Shown one piece after another: positions 56,334-64,000 of a stretch of DNA of 64,000 bases; positions within the stretch are counted from its first letter, which is position 1; each line of letters begins with the position of its first letter. The notes beneath the pieces are model-generated. The model searched no databases. It was not told the origin of the DNA and worked only from the letters and a program-made list of their open reading frames with translations. Source of the stretch: Pseudomonadota bacterium. Its GTDB lineage: Bacteria; Pseudomonadota; Gammaproteobacteria; Pseudomonadales; Ketobacteraceae. Made by a program: the position numbers and the translations under genes. The stretch is from positions 1 through 64,000 of the forward strand of contig JBPOHS010000018.1 in assembly GCA_052035295.1 (NCBI GenBank), given 5' to 3'.

Positions 56334-58256
56334 CTATTGCGACTTGCGAACGCGTAGATACCATTCGCACAGCAAGCGGACTTGCTTCTCGGTGTATCCT
56401 CTTTCCACCATGCGTGTGACGAAGTCCTGATGTTTTTTCTGGTCTTCTTTCGACGCTTTCGGGTTGAAGGAAATCACCGGCAGCAATTCCTCGGTGTTCG
56501 AGAACATCTTCTTCTCGATCACGGTGCGCAGTTTTTCATAACTGAACCACTGCGGATTCTTGCCGTTGTTGGTCGCGCGGGCGCGCAGCACAAAATTGAC
56601 GACTTCGTTACGGAAATCTTTCGGGTTGGAAATGCCGGCCGGTTTCTCGATTTTCTCCAGTTCTGCGTTGAGTGACTGGCGATTGAAAATCTCGCCGGTA
56701 TCGGGGTCGCGATATTCCTGATCCTGAATCCAGAAATCTGCATACAGCACATAACGGTCGAAAATGTTCTGGCCGTATTCCGAGTAGGATTCGAGGTATG
56801 CGGTCTGGATTTCCTTGCCGATGAAATCCACATAGCGTGGCGCCAGGTATTCCTTGATGAAACGCAGATAACGCTCGGAGGTTTCCGGCGGAAACTGCTC
56901 CTGCTCGATCGCCTGTTCCAGCACATAAAGCAGGTGTACCGGGTTGGCGGCGACTTCGGCATGATCGTAGTTGAACACCTTGGAGAGAATCTTGAACGCA
57001 AAGCGCGTCGACAATCCTTCCATGCCTTCGTCAACGCCGGCCGCATCGCGGTACTCCTGATACGACTTGGCTTTCGGATCGGTGTCTTTCAGGTTCTCGC
57101 CGTCATAAATCCGCATCTTCGAATACACCGAAGAGTTCTCGGGATCCTTCAGGCGCGACAAGGTGGTGAACTGGGCGAGCATGCGCAGGGTGTCTGGCGC
57201 GCAGTGCGCGTGTGCCAGCGAACTCGACTGCAACAGTTTGTCGTAAATCTTGATTTCTTCGGAACCGCGCAGACAGTAGGGCACCTTGACGATGTAAATA
57301 CGGTCGATAAAGGCCTCGTTGTTGCGGTTGTTGCGAAACGCCTGCCATTCCGACTCGTTGGAGTGCGCCAGAATGATGCCGTCAAAAGGAATCGCGCCCA
57401 TGCCTTCGGTGCCGTTGTAATTGCCTTCCTGCGTGGCGGTCAGCAGTGGGTGCAATACCTTGATGGGGGCCTTGAACATTTCAACGAATTCGAGCAAGCC
57501 CTGGTTGGAACGGCACAGTCCACCCGAAAATGCGTAGCAGTCCGGGTCATTCTGTGCGAATTCTTCAAGCTTGCGGATGTCTACCTTGCCCACCAGGCTG
57601 GAAATATCCTGGTTATTCTCGTCGCCAGGCTCGGTTTTGGCGATGGCGATCTGATTGAGAATGGACGGGTAGACTTTGACGACGCGGAATTTGCTGATAT
57701 CCCCATTGAATTCGTGCAGTCGCTTGACCGCCCAGGGTGACATGATGCCACGCAGATAGCGACGCGGAATCCCGTATTCCTCTTCAAGAATCGGTGCGTC
57801 TTCAGCAGGATTGAACAGGTTGAGCGGCGATTCGTAAACGGGCGAATCCTTGATGGCATAAAAATGAATTTTTTCCATCAGGTGTTTGAGCTTTTCAGCA
57901 AGACTTGATTTGCCACCACCGACCGGACCCAGCAGGTAGAGGATCTGCTTGCGCTCTTCAAGCCCCTGCGCCGCATGGCGGAAGTACGCCACGATGTTCT
58001 CGATGCATTCTTCCATGCCATAAAATTCATCAAATGCAGGGTAACGTTTGATGATCTTGTTGGAGAAAATGCGTGAGAGGCGTGGATCGATGGACGTATC
58101 CACCAACTCCGGCTGGCCGATGGCCATCAGCATGCGCTCGGAGGCGCTGGCATAAGTCGTGGGATCTTTTTTGCAGAGCTCCAGATATTCCTGAATGGAA
58201 TATTCCTCTTCCCGCGTGGATTCATAACGGCGCTGATAGTGGCTGAAAATGCTCAT
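56334..58256 (-). CDS. yeaG: PrkA-family serine protein kinase (YeaG)
   Basis: The Walker A motif GPVGGGKSSL and the MSIFSHYQRRYE... N-terminus match YeaG/PrkA. The protein is 640 aa. Confidence 0.9.
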   Translation of the reverse strand: MSIFSHYQRRYESTREEEYSIQEYLELCKKDPTTYASASERMLMAIGQPELVDTSIDPRLSRIFSNKIIKRYPAFDEFYGMEECIENIVAYFRHAAQGLEERKQILYLLGPVGGGKSSLAEKLKHLMEKIHFYAIKDSPVYESPLNLFNPAEDAPILEEEYGIPRRYLRGIMSPWAVKRLHEFNGDISKFRVVKVYPSILNQIAIAKTEPGDENNQDISSLVGKVDIRKLEEFAQNDPDCYAFSGGLCRSNQGLLEFVEMFKAPIKVLHPLLTATQEGNYNGTEGMGAIPFDGIILAHSNESEWQAFRNNRNNEAFIDRIYIVKVPYCLRGSEEIKIYDKLLQSSSLAHAHCAPDTLRMLAQFTTLSRLKDPENSSVYSKMRIYDGENLKDTDPKAKSYQEYRDAAGVDEGMEGLSTRFAFKILSKVFNYDHAEVAANPVHLLYVLEQAIEQEQFPPETSERYLRFIKEYLAPRYVDFIGKEIQTAYLESYSEYGQNIFDRYVLYADFWIQDQEYRDPDTGEIFNRQSLNAELEKIEKPAGISNPKDFRNEVVNFVLRARATNNGKNPQWFSYEKLRTVIEKKMFSNTEELLPVISFNPKASKEDQKKHQDFVTRMVERGYTEKQVRLLCEWYLRVRKSQ

Positions 58257-58531
58257 GATATACCCCTGTTGGTTCGGCCTGCCCGAAGGCCGATCGTCTT
58301 TCCCTCAGCATTGGAGTGCCGTGGTAAAGGTTGGTTCACATGCAACGATGACGCTGAATATTTTTGCCTCTTGCCTTAACTATAGAACCTAATTGATTTT
58401 TTACCGCAAGAAAATGGGCCTCCGTTTGATTTTCTTGCAAACGGATAATTTATTTATCGAAATAATCTGGAGGGTGGTGAATGGCACACTTTTTCCATTG
58501 CTTCTTTCTTTTGGAAGCTCCGGAATCGGCT

Positions 58532-59368
58532 TTAATCCATGTCACCCGACGGCAGGTTGGTTTCCTGGCAGGACTGACGAATGTGCTGCCCTGTTTCGAG
58601 GCAGAACGCACTCAAATCGCCGCCCCACACACATCCGGTGTCGAGGGCGAGGGTGTCATCGCGGTCAGTGCGGCCGAGCAGGGCGGCCCAATGTCCGAAC
58701 AGGACGCGTTCCTTGAGCTTGACGCGTTTGGGGGTGTTGAACCAGGGGTAGTAGCCTTTGGGAAGGCCATCCCATCCCCGTTTGTAACTCAGCTCTAAGG
58801 CCCCGGCAGCGTCGCACAGGCGCATCCGGGTAAAATAGTTGGTGACGACCCGCCAGCGGTCAGCACCGGTCAGCGCGTCATCCCATCCAGCGGGTTGATT
58901 GCCGTACATCTTCGCGAAATAGTGCGCGACATCGTCGCTCTGCAGCACCGTCCCGACTTCGGCGGCAAGCGCCAGCGCCTGCTCGGTCGACCAGCGCGGG
59001 CAAATGCCGGCATGACAAAGAATATGGTCGGCCTGAACGTGTATCAGCGGTTGGTGGCGCAGCCAGTCGACCAGCCTGTCGCGATCAGGCGCGTCCAGAA
59101 TGTCGGCGAAGGTGTCCTTGTGGGGCTTGAAGAGGCTGGCGCCATAGGCCACCGCCAGAAAATGCAGGTCGTGATTACCGAGCACGGTAACGACCGCATC
59201 CCGATGCTGATAGCACCAACGCAGGGTCTCCAGCGATTGCGGGCCGCGATTGATCAGATCGCCGGTCAGCCACACCTTGTCGCGTGCCGGATCGAAATCG
59301 ACGCGTGCGAGCAGGGCCATGAAGGTGGCATAACAGCCCTGTAAATCGCCAATCGCATAGGTTGCCAT
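58532..59368 (-). CDS. apaH: bis(5'-nucleosyl)-tetraphosphatase (symmetrical)
   Basis: The metallophosphatase motifs are MATYAIGDLQGC, GDLINRG and GNHD. The protein is 278 aa. Confidence 0.9.
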   Translation of the reverse strand: MATYAIGDLQGCYATFMALLARVDFDPARDKVWLTGDLINRGPQSLETLRWCYQHRDAVVTVLGNHDLHFLAVAYGASLFKPHKDTFADILDAPDRDRLVDWLRHQPLIHVQADHILCHAGICPRWSTEQALALAAEVGTVLQSDDVAHYFAKMYGNQPAGWDDALTGADRWRVVTNYFTRMRLCDAAGALELSYKRGWDGLPKGYYPWFNTPKRVKLKERVLFGHWAALLGRTDRDDTLALDTGCVWGGDLSAFCLETGQHIRQSCQETNLPSGDMD

Positions 59369-59372
59369 GGGA

Positions 59373-59768
59373 TCAGTTGAGCGCGCGCGGTTGCGCCAGG
59401 GTAAACACGGGAATCACCGCGTCGAAGGCTTCGCCGGATTCATCCACCATGTGATAGCTGCCGCGCATGCTGCCCACCGGGGTGGTGATAACGGCGCCGC
59501 TGGAGTATTCGTGGTGGTTGCCCGGCGCAATGAAGGGTTGCTCGCCAACGACGCCTTCCCCTTTGACTTCCTGGGTGTGCTCGTTGCCGTCGGTGATCAG
59601 CCAGTGACGACTGAGCAGCTTGGCGCCACGGTTGCCGTGATTCTCGATGCGGATGTGGTAGGCAAACGCATAACGATCCTGTTCAGGTTCGGACTGGTTG
59701 GCGAGAAACTCTGTACGCACTTTGACCCGAATGTCGTGGGAATCGCGTGTGTCGTGGGACTTGATCAT
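59373..59768 (-). CDS. apaG: ApaG (DUF525) protein
   Basis: 131 aa. It lies between apaH and rsmA in the canonical order and has the GVVGEQP block. Confidence 0.85.
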   Translation of the reverse strand: MIKSHDTRDSHDIRVKVRTEFLANQSEPEQDRYAFAYHIRIENHGNRGAKLLSRHWLITDGNEHTQEVKGEGVVGEQPFIAPGNHHEYSSGAVITTPVGSMRGSYHMVDESGEAFDAVIPVFTLAQPRALN

Positions 59769-60586
59769 GACAGTGGCGCTGCTTTTTGATACAGGTGATT
59801 GCTCAGTCTAACATACGCCGCCAGTGTAATGTTCTCCGGACGGTGCTGCGGGTCGATCCCGCATTGTTCAAGATCACCCTCGGCGACGAGATTTTTCAAG
59901 GCGTTACGCAGAGTCTTGCGGCGCTGGTTGAAGGCCTCGGTGACGATACGCCCCAGCCATTTCACATCGAGTGCCGGTGTAACGGGCTGTGCGCGTGGCG
60001 TCAGGCGAACAATGGCCGATGTTACTTTCGGCGGCGGATTGAAGGCTTCCGGCGCGACATCGAACAGGTGGTCAACCTCGCAGTGATACTGGATCATGAT
60101 TCCCAGTCGCCCGTAGGCATCATCGCCAACGCCGGCCGCCAGTCGGTCCACCACTTCTTTCTGCAGCATGAAATGCATGTCCTGGATGTCGGCGGCATAG
60201 TCGAGCAACTGGAACAGCAGCGGCGTGGAAATGTTGTACGGCAGGTTGCCCACCAACCGCATCTTGTGGTCGGGCTTGATCAGCTGGCGGTAATCAAAGC
60301 GCAGAGCATCGCCCTGGTGAATGGTCAGCTTGTCGCCCACGGCGAAACTGGCCAGCAAATACGGAATCAGATCGCGATCGAGCTCGATGACCTGCATCGC
60401 CTTGAGGTGCGGGATCAACGCGCCGGTCAGCGCACCTTGGCCCGGCCCGATTTCGATCAGGTTGTCGTCGGGTTGCGGGTCTATGGCCGTCACGATGGCA
60501 TCGATCACATGCGGATCCTGCAGAAAGTTCTGGCCAAAGCGCTTTTTCATGACGTGGCCCTGGCTGAAGCCGGGTTTACGTCCCAT
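59765..60586 (-). CDS. rsmA: 16S rRNA (adenine1518/1519-N6)-dimethyltransferase
   Basis: KKRFGQNFL and EIGPGQGALT are present. The 13-aa N-terminal extension (MGRKPGFSQGHVM) parallels E. coli KsgA. ATG 60586 has a TAAGGAG RBS supplied by the adjacent repeat unit. Confidence 0.9.
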   Translation of the reverse strand: MGRKPGFSQGHVMKKRFGQNFLQDPHVIDAIVTAIDPQPDDNLIEIGPGQGALTGALIPHLKAMQVIELDRDLIPYLLASFAVGDKLTIHQGDALRFDYRQLIKPDHKMRLVGNLPYNISTPLLFQLLDYAADIQDMHFMLQKEVVDRLAAGVGDDAYGRLGIMIQYHCEVDHLFDVAPEAFNPPPKVTSAIVRLTPRAQPVTPALDVKWLGRIVTEAFNQRRKTLRNALKNLVAEGDLEQCGIDPQHRPENITLAAYVRLSNHLYQKAAPLS

Positions 60587-60595
60587 GGGTACTCT

Positions 60596-60655
60596 CCTTA
60601 ACGATTCAAGCCTTAACGATTCAAGCCTTAACGATTCAAGCCTTATCAGTTCAAG
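60596..60655. repeat. tandem array of three perfect and one degenerate 15-bp units (CCTTAACGATTCAAG on the plus strand; CTTGAATCGTTAAGG on the coding strand) filling the pdxA-rsmA junction
   Basis: The perfect units are at 60596-60610, 60611-60625 and 60626-60640. The degenerate copy at 60641-60655 encodes the last codons and stop of pdxA. Confidence 0.75.
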
Positions 60656-61650
60656 GCCTGTTGATCTATCAATGCGGCCTGTCTGGTCTGTGCCATGTCA
60701 ATGGCGTAGCGCAGGGCCGTGTGGAAACTGCCGACATCAATTTTGCCGGTGCCGGCCAGATCCAGCGCCGTGCCATGATCGACAGAGGTACGGATGATGG
60801 GCAGCCCCAGGGTTATATTCACGGACTGCCCGAAGCCCTTGTGTTTGAGCACCGGCAGCCCCTGATCGTGATACATCGCGATCACGGCATCGGCATCATC
60901 CAGATGCTTCGGCGTGAACAGGGTATCGGCCGGATACGGCCCCTGCAGATCGATTCCTTCCTCACGCATTTTCTGCAGGGTGGGAATGATGATGTCGATC
61001 TCTTCACGACCGAGGTGACCACTTTCACCGGCATGAGGATTCAAGCCGCAAACCTTGATGCGCGGGTGCTCTATACCAAAGTGTGCTCGCAGGTCGTGCG
61101 CGGTAATGCGGAAAATCTGTTCCAGCAGCCCGGGCGTTATCGCATCGGCCACCTCACGCAAGGGCAGGTGCGTGGTGGCCAGCGCTACCCGCAGCCCTTC
61201 GGTGGCCAGCATCATCACGACGCGGGAAGTGTGCGTCAGTTCTGCCAGGTATTCGGTATGGCCACTGAACGGAATGCCAGCGTCGTTGATGCTTGATTTC
61301 TGCAGGGGGCCGGTGACCAGCGCGTGAAAACGATCCGCGAGGCAACCGGACGTCGCAGTCTGCAACGTCGTCAGCAGGTACCGGGCATGGGCACGTTGCG
61401 GCAGGCCAAGCGTTTCGGGGGTGGGCAGGTCAATCTGGGCAAGACGCATATGGCCGGCTGGAAGCGGCGTAGTGTTGCCGTCATCCGGTATCAGTGTGAG
61501 AGGAAGCCCGAGCTGATGGGCGCGCCGTTGCAGCATGCCGCCATCGGCGATCGCGACAAGCGTGGCGCGTGGGTCGGGCGCTTGCGCTGCCATGACCAGG
61601 AGATCCGGGCCGATGCCGGCCGGCTCCCCCGGCGTGATGGCGATTCGCAT
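60646..61650 (-). CDS. pdxA: 4-hydroxythreonine-4-phosphate dehydrogenase
   Basis: [17 protein letters not shown]..., HTEYLA and GLNPHAGE are PdxA blocks. The protein is about 334 aa. Confidence 0.9.
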   Translation of the reverse strand: MRIAITPGEPAGIGPDLLVMAAQAPDPRATLVAIADGGMLQRRAHQLGLPLTLIPDDGNTTPLPAGHMRLAQIDLPTPETLGLPQRAHARYLLTTLQTATSGCLADRFHALVTGPLQKSSINDAGIPFSGHTEYLAELTHTSRVVMMLATEGLRVALATTHLPLREVADAITPGLLEQIFRITAHDLRAHFGIEHPRIKVCGLNPHAGESGHLGREEIDIIIPTLQKMREEGIDLQGPYPADTLFTPKHLDDADAVIAMYHDQGLPVLKHKGFGQSVNITLGLPIIRTSVDHGTALDLAGTGKIDVGSFHTALRYAIDMAQTRQAALIDQQALN

Positions 61651-61667
61651 CGCGCCCTCACGCAATG

Positions 61668-63017
61668 TCAAAGCTTGATCTCGACGTACGCATCCTGGCG
61701 GATTTCGCGCAGCCAGGTGGCGAGATCCTCGTCGAACTTGCGCTTGTAGAGCATTTGGCGAGCCCGGTTGCGCTTGAACTCGGTGCTCATGTCCTGGTTG
61801 CGCTTGTCGGTGACTTCCAGAATGTGCCAGCCAAACTGGCTGCGGAAAGGTTCACTGATCGAGTGCAGCGGCTGGCTGTTCATGACCTTTTCAAATTCAC
61901 CCACCATCGTGCCCGGATTGACCCAGCCGAGTGATCCGCCCTGCAAGGCGCTGCCGGTATCGTCGGAATAGGTCTTGGCCAGTGAGCCAAAATCCTCTTT
62001 CTTGTCGACCAGTCGGCTGCGGATGTCATCGACGAGCGCACGCGCATCGGCATCACTGCGGATTTCATTGGGCTTGACCAGGATGTGGCGCACCTGGGCT
62101 TGCGCCACCACCATTTCGGAGCCGCCTCGAATATCGAGCACCTTGATGATGTGGAAACCGCTGGCGCTCTTGATCGGTTCAGAGATATCGCCCTTTTGCA
62201 TGTCGACCACGACATCGGCAAACAAGGTCGGCAATTGGCCGGCTTTACGCCAGCCGAGATCGCCACCTTCCAGTGCCTTGTCATCGCCGGAATAACTCAC
62301 CGCCATGGCGGCGAAGTCGGCTCCGTTCTTGAGATTACGGTAGACCTCGTCGGCCGTCGCGCGGGCCAGCGAGCGGGCATTTTCGTCGGCACTCTCATCG
62401 ACGGCAATCAGGATGTGGCCCAGATGAAAGTCTGGCGCCAGGTTGGCCTTGCCGAGTTCCGAACCCAGGAATCCCGCGATGTCCTGATCAGTGATCTTGA
62501 CCCGGTTGCCGACCCGACGCTGGCGCAGTTGTGACACCGTCATCTCGCGGCGGATCTGCTCGCGGAACGCCTTGAAGCTCATGCCGTCTTCTTGCTCGAT
62601 GGCCTGCTGGAACTGTTCCAGCGACAGACGGTTCTGACGGGCAATATTGCCCAGGGTTTCGTTGATGCTGTTGTCATCGACCTTGATACCGCCTTTCTCG
62701 GCCATCTGCAGTTCGATGCTCTCGACCACCATGCGATCGAGCACCTGCTCCAGCAGTTTGTTCTCGTCGGGAGGGATTGGCGTGTTGCGCTTCGCCATCT
62801 GGACGCGGATTTGCGAGGCGCGGGAAAGCAGTTCGCTCTGCAGGATGATGTCGTCATCCACCACGGCGACCACCCTGTCGAGGGTCTGTGTGCTTTGCGG
62901 CGAGGGCACTGCCGCCTGCACGTAAGTGGGCAGGGTGGATAGTGCCAGTCCCACGATCAGGGGGGACAGCAGTGCACGGGTGGACAAAAATGGTCTGGAA
63001 GGCAAAAGAGTCTTCAT
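61668..63017 (-). CDS. surA: periplasmic chaperone / PPIase SurA
   Basis: It has a signal peptide, an N-terminal chaperone domain and two parvulin domains (GGDLGW and GGSLGW). Confidence 0.9.
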   Translation of the reverse strand: MKTLLPSRPFLSTRALLSPLIVGLALSTLPTYVQAAVPSPQSTQTLDRVVAVVDDDIILQSELLSRASQIRVQMAKRNTPIPPDENKLLEQVLDRMVVESIELQMAEKGGIKVDDNSINETLGNIARQNRLSLEQFQQAIEQEDGMSFKAFREQIRREMTVSQLRQRRVGNRVKITDQDIAGFLGSELGKANLAPDFHLGHILIAVDESADENARSLARATADEVYRNLKNGADFAAMAVSYSGDDKALEGGDLGWRKAGQLPTLFADVVVDMQKGDISEPIKSASGFHIIKVLDIRGGSEMVVAQAQVRHILVKPNEIRSDADARALVDDIRSRLVDKKEDFGSLAKTYSDDTGSALQGGSLGWVNPGTMVGEFEKVMNSQPLHSISEPFRSQFGWHILEVTDKRNQDMSTEFKRNRARQMLYKRKFDEDLATWLREIRQDAYVEIKL

Positions 63018-63033
63018 TTAATTGTGGTTCTCG

Positions 63034-64000
63034 TCAGAAGCGGTATTTACGTTGATCTTCCCGGTCCCGATAGCCGCTGATGCTGCTTTCGAGGAGGCTG
63101 TCGGCCTTCTTGCTCGTGCTGGCCAGGCCTTTCAGTTCTATTTGAAAGTACAAACCGGCTTTTGGTTTCACTTCATCTTCATTGACCGGGTCTTCCTGCA
63201 GGAAGCGGCGGTTGACCACGCGGAACTTCCAGCAGCAACTGTCGTATTCGAGGCCGACCAGGTTGTCGAAGGAGCGGTTCAGCTGCATATCGTATCCCCA
63301 GCGCCCGAGCCAGCTCCAGCGCGCGGTCAGCGGCAGGATGAAAGATACATCGGTCTGTTTGAGGGGCTCGTCTTCGTCTTCTTCGCCGGTATTGGTCAGG
63401 ACTTCATGATACAGGTAGCTCACGTTGAGCAGATATTCGTTGTCGCGATTGATCTGGAACCCGGTGTTCATGTTGTCGATATTGTTGGTGTTGCTGTCCC
63501 ATTCGACATCGTTATAGAAGAACCAGCTTTTCCCCAACTGCCAGACCACACGCCCCGCCAGGGGAGAGTTTTCGTCGGTCTCGCGTTCGGCGGTAGATGT
63601 CAGCTGAACGTAGCGGTGGGCGAAGTAGAACGCCTGCCCCACGCTGAGGCGCAGCCATTCTTCGCCAGTCTGATCGCTGATCAGGCGGCTGGTCAAGCCA
63701 AGCGAGAGCTTCTTCTCGTCGCCATAACGGTCGCCACCGGCAAAGCGGTTGTCCCGGAACAACTGGTCGTAGCTGAAGCTGTAAGTGGCCGTATCGAAAC
63801 GGGGAATATAAACCTGTTCCCGCTCGCGGGGCACGTAAAGCAGAAAGGCGCGCGGTTCGAGGGTCTGGGTCTGGGCGCGCTCGAACCATTCAGTACTGCG
63901 TTCGAAGGTCAGGCCCGAGTCGATCGAGGCGATGTAGGTGTTGATGTCCGGCGTTTCGTTGAATTCGGCCAGTTCCTGTGCGGTCAAGCCTGTTCCGGCG
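63034..64000 (-). CDS. lptD: LPS-assembly outer-membrane protein LptD, C-terminal portion (the gene continues past the window end)
   Basis: A beta-barrel-like C-terminal sequence ends ...GYRDREDQRKYRF. It lies directly upstream of surA, as in the canonical lptD-surA-pdxA cluster. Confidence 0.8.
   Translation of the reverse strand, partial: AGTGLTAQELAEFNETPDINTYIASIDSGLTFERSTEWFERAQTQTLEPRAFLLYVPREREQVYIPRFDTATYSFSYDQLFRDNRFAGGDRYGDEKKLSLGLTSRLISDQTGEEWLRLSVGQAFYFAHRYVQLTSTAERETDENSPLAGRVVWQLGKSWFFYNDVEWDSNTNNIDNMNTGFQINRDNEYLLNVSYLYHEVLTNTGEEDEDEPLKQTDVSFILPLTARWSWLGRWGYDMQLNRSFDNLVGLEYDSCCWKFRVVNRRFLQEDPVNEDEVKPKAGLYFQIELKGLASTSKKADSLLESSISGYRDREDQRKYRF

Noticed and set aside
58257-58531. 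Sigma-54 type promoter upstream of prkA/yeaG (candidate GGCAC-N5-TGCT on the minus strand near 58300)
   Set aside because: The GG-to-GC spacing is one nucleotide short of the -24/-12 consensus, so it cannot be supported from sequence alone. An inverted repeat, CCGTTTG-N9-CAAACGG, at 58421-58443 is noted but has no U-tract.
42466-60655. Possibility that the three short tandem-repeat arrays (42466-42530, 43847-43907, 60596-60655) are CRISPR arrays
   Set aside because: The units are 15-17 bp with no intervening unique spacers. Copy numbers are 3-4 and no cas genes are present. They are simple tandem repeats or operator arrays.
60321-60797. 158-aa plus-strand ORF containing LNDSSLNDSSLNDSS
   Set aside because: The repetitive peptide is just the translation of the 15-bp tandem repeat between pdxA and rsmA. 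The ORF is antisense to both genes and is not coding.

Overview
This 64-kb window looks like chromosomal DNA from a GC-rich gammaproteobacterium. The GC content of about 57-58% is estimated by eye. Coding density is high and lies mostly on the minus strand. It contains several conserved housekeeping blocks. One is lptD(partial)-surA-pdxA-rsmA/ksgA-apaG-apaH. Another is prkA(yeaG)-yeaH-spoVR(ycgB). The rest are maeB, dtd, yeaD-like, slyD, phhB, rsuA with an RsmC/RlmG-type methyltransferase, and an RluA-family synthase. Between these blocks the window is unusually rich in signal transduction. There are four 7TMR-DISM receptors. Three of them form a tandem array of about 970-aa hybrid histidine kinases, and two of those have lost the H-box histidine. 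There is a chemotaxis-like module built around a membrane-bound sensor-GAF-HPt-CheA-type kinase with no CheW/P5 domain. That module also has a minimal MCP, CheY and two CheC/CheX-like proteins. Further signalling genes are a twin-PAS soluble MCP, a GGDEF protein and a GAF-PAS-GAF-GGDEF-EAL protein. Other notable items are an 872-aa lipoprotein that joins a parallel beta-helix to a C-terminal domain with two CXXCH haem motifs, and a divergent pair of secreted low-complexity proteins, one acidic with a GlyGly-CTERM-like tail and one His-rich. There is also a translationally coupled operon of a GMC oxidoreductase, a small protein and an ACC-deaminase/D-cysteine-desulfhydrase-family PLP enzyme. 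Short tandem repeat arrays sit in three intergenic regions, including the pdxA-ksgA junction. I found no rRNA, tRNA, CRISPR array, IS element or phage gene. Product calls rest on motifs read directly from the translated ORFs, and no database search was possible.
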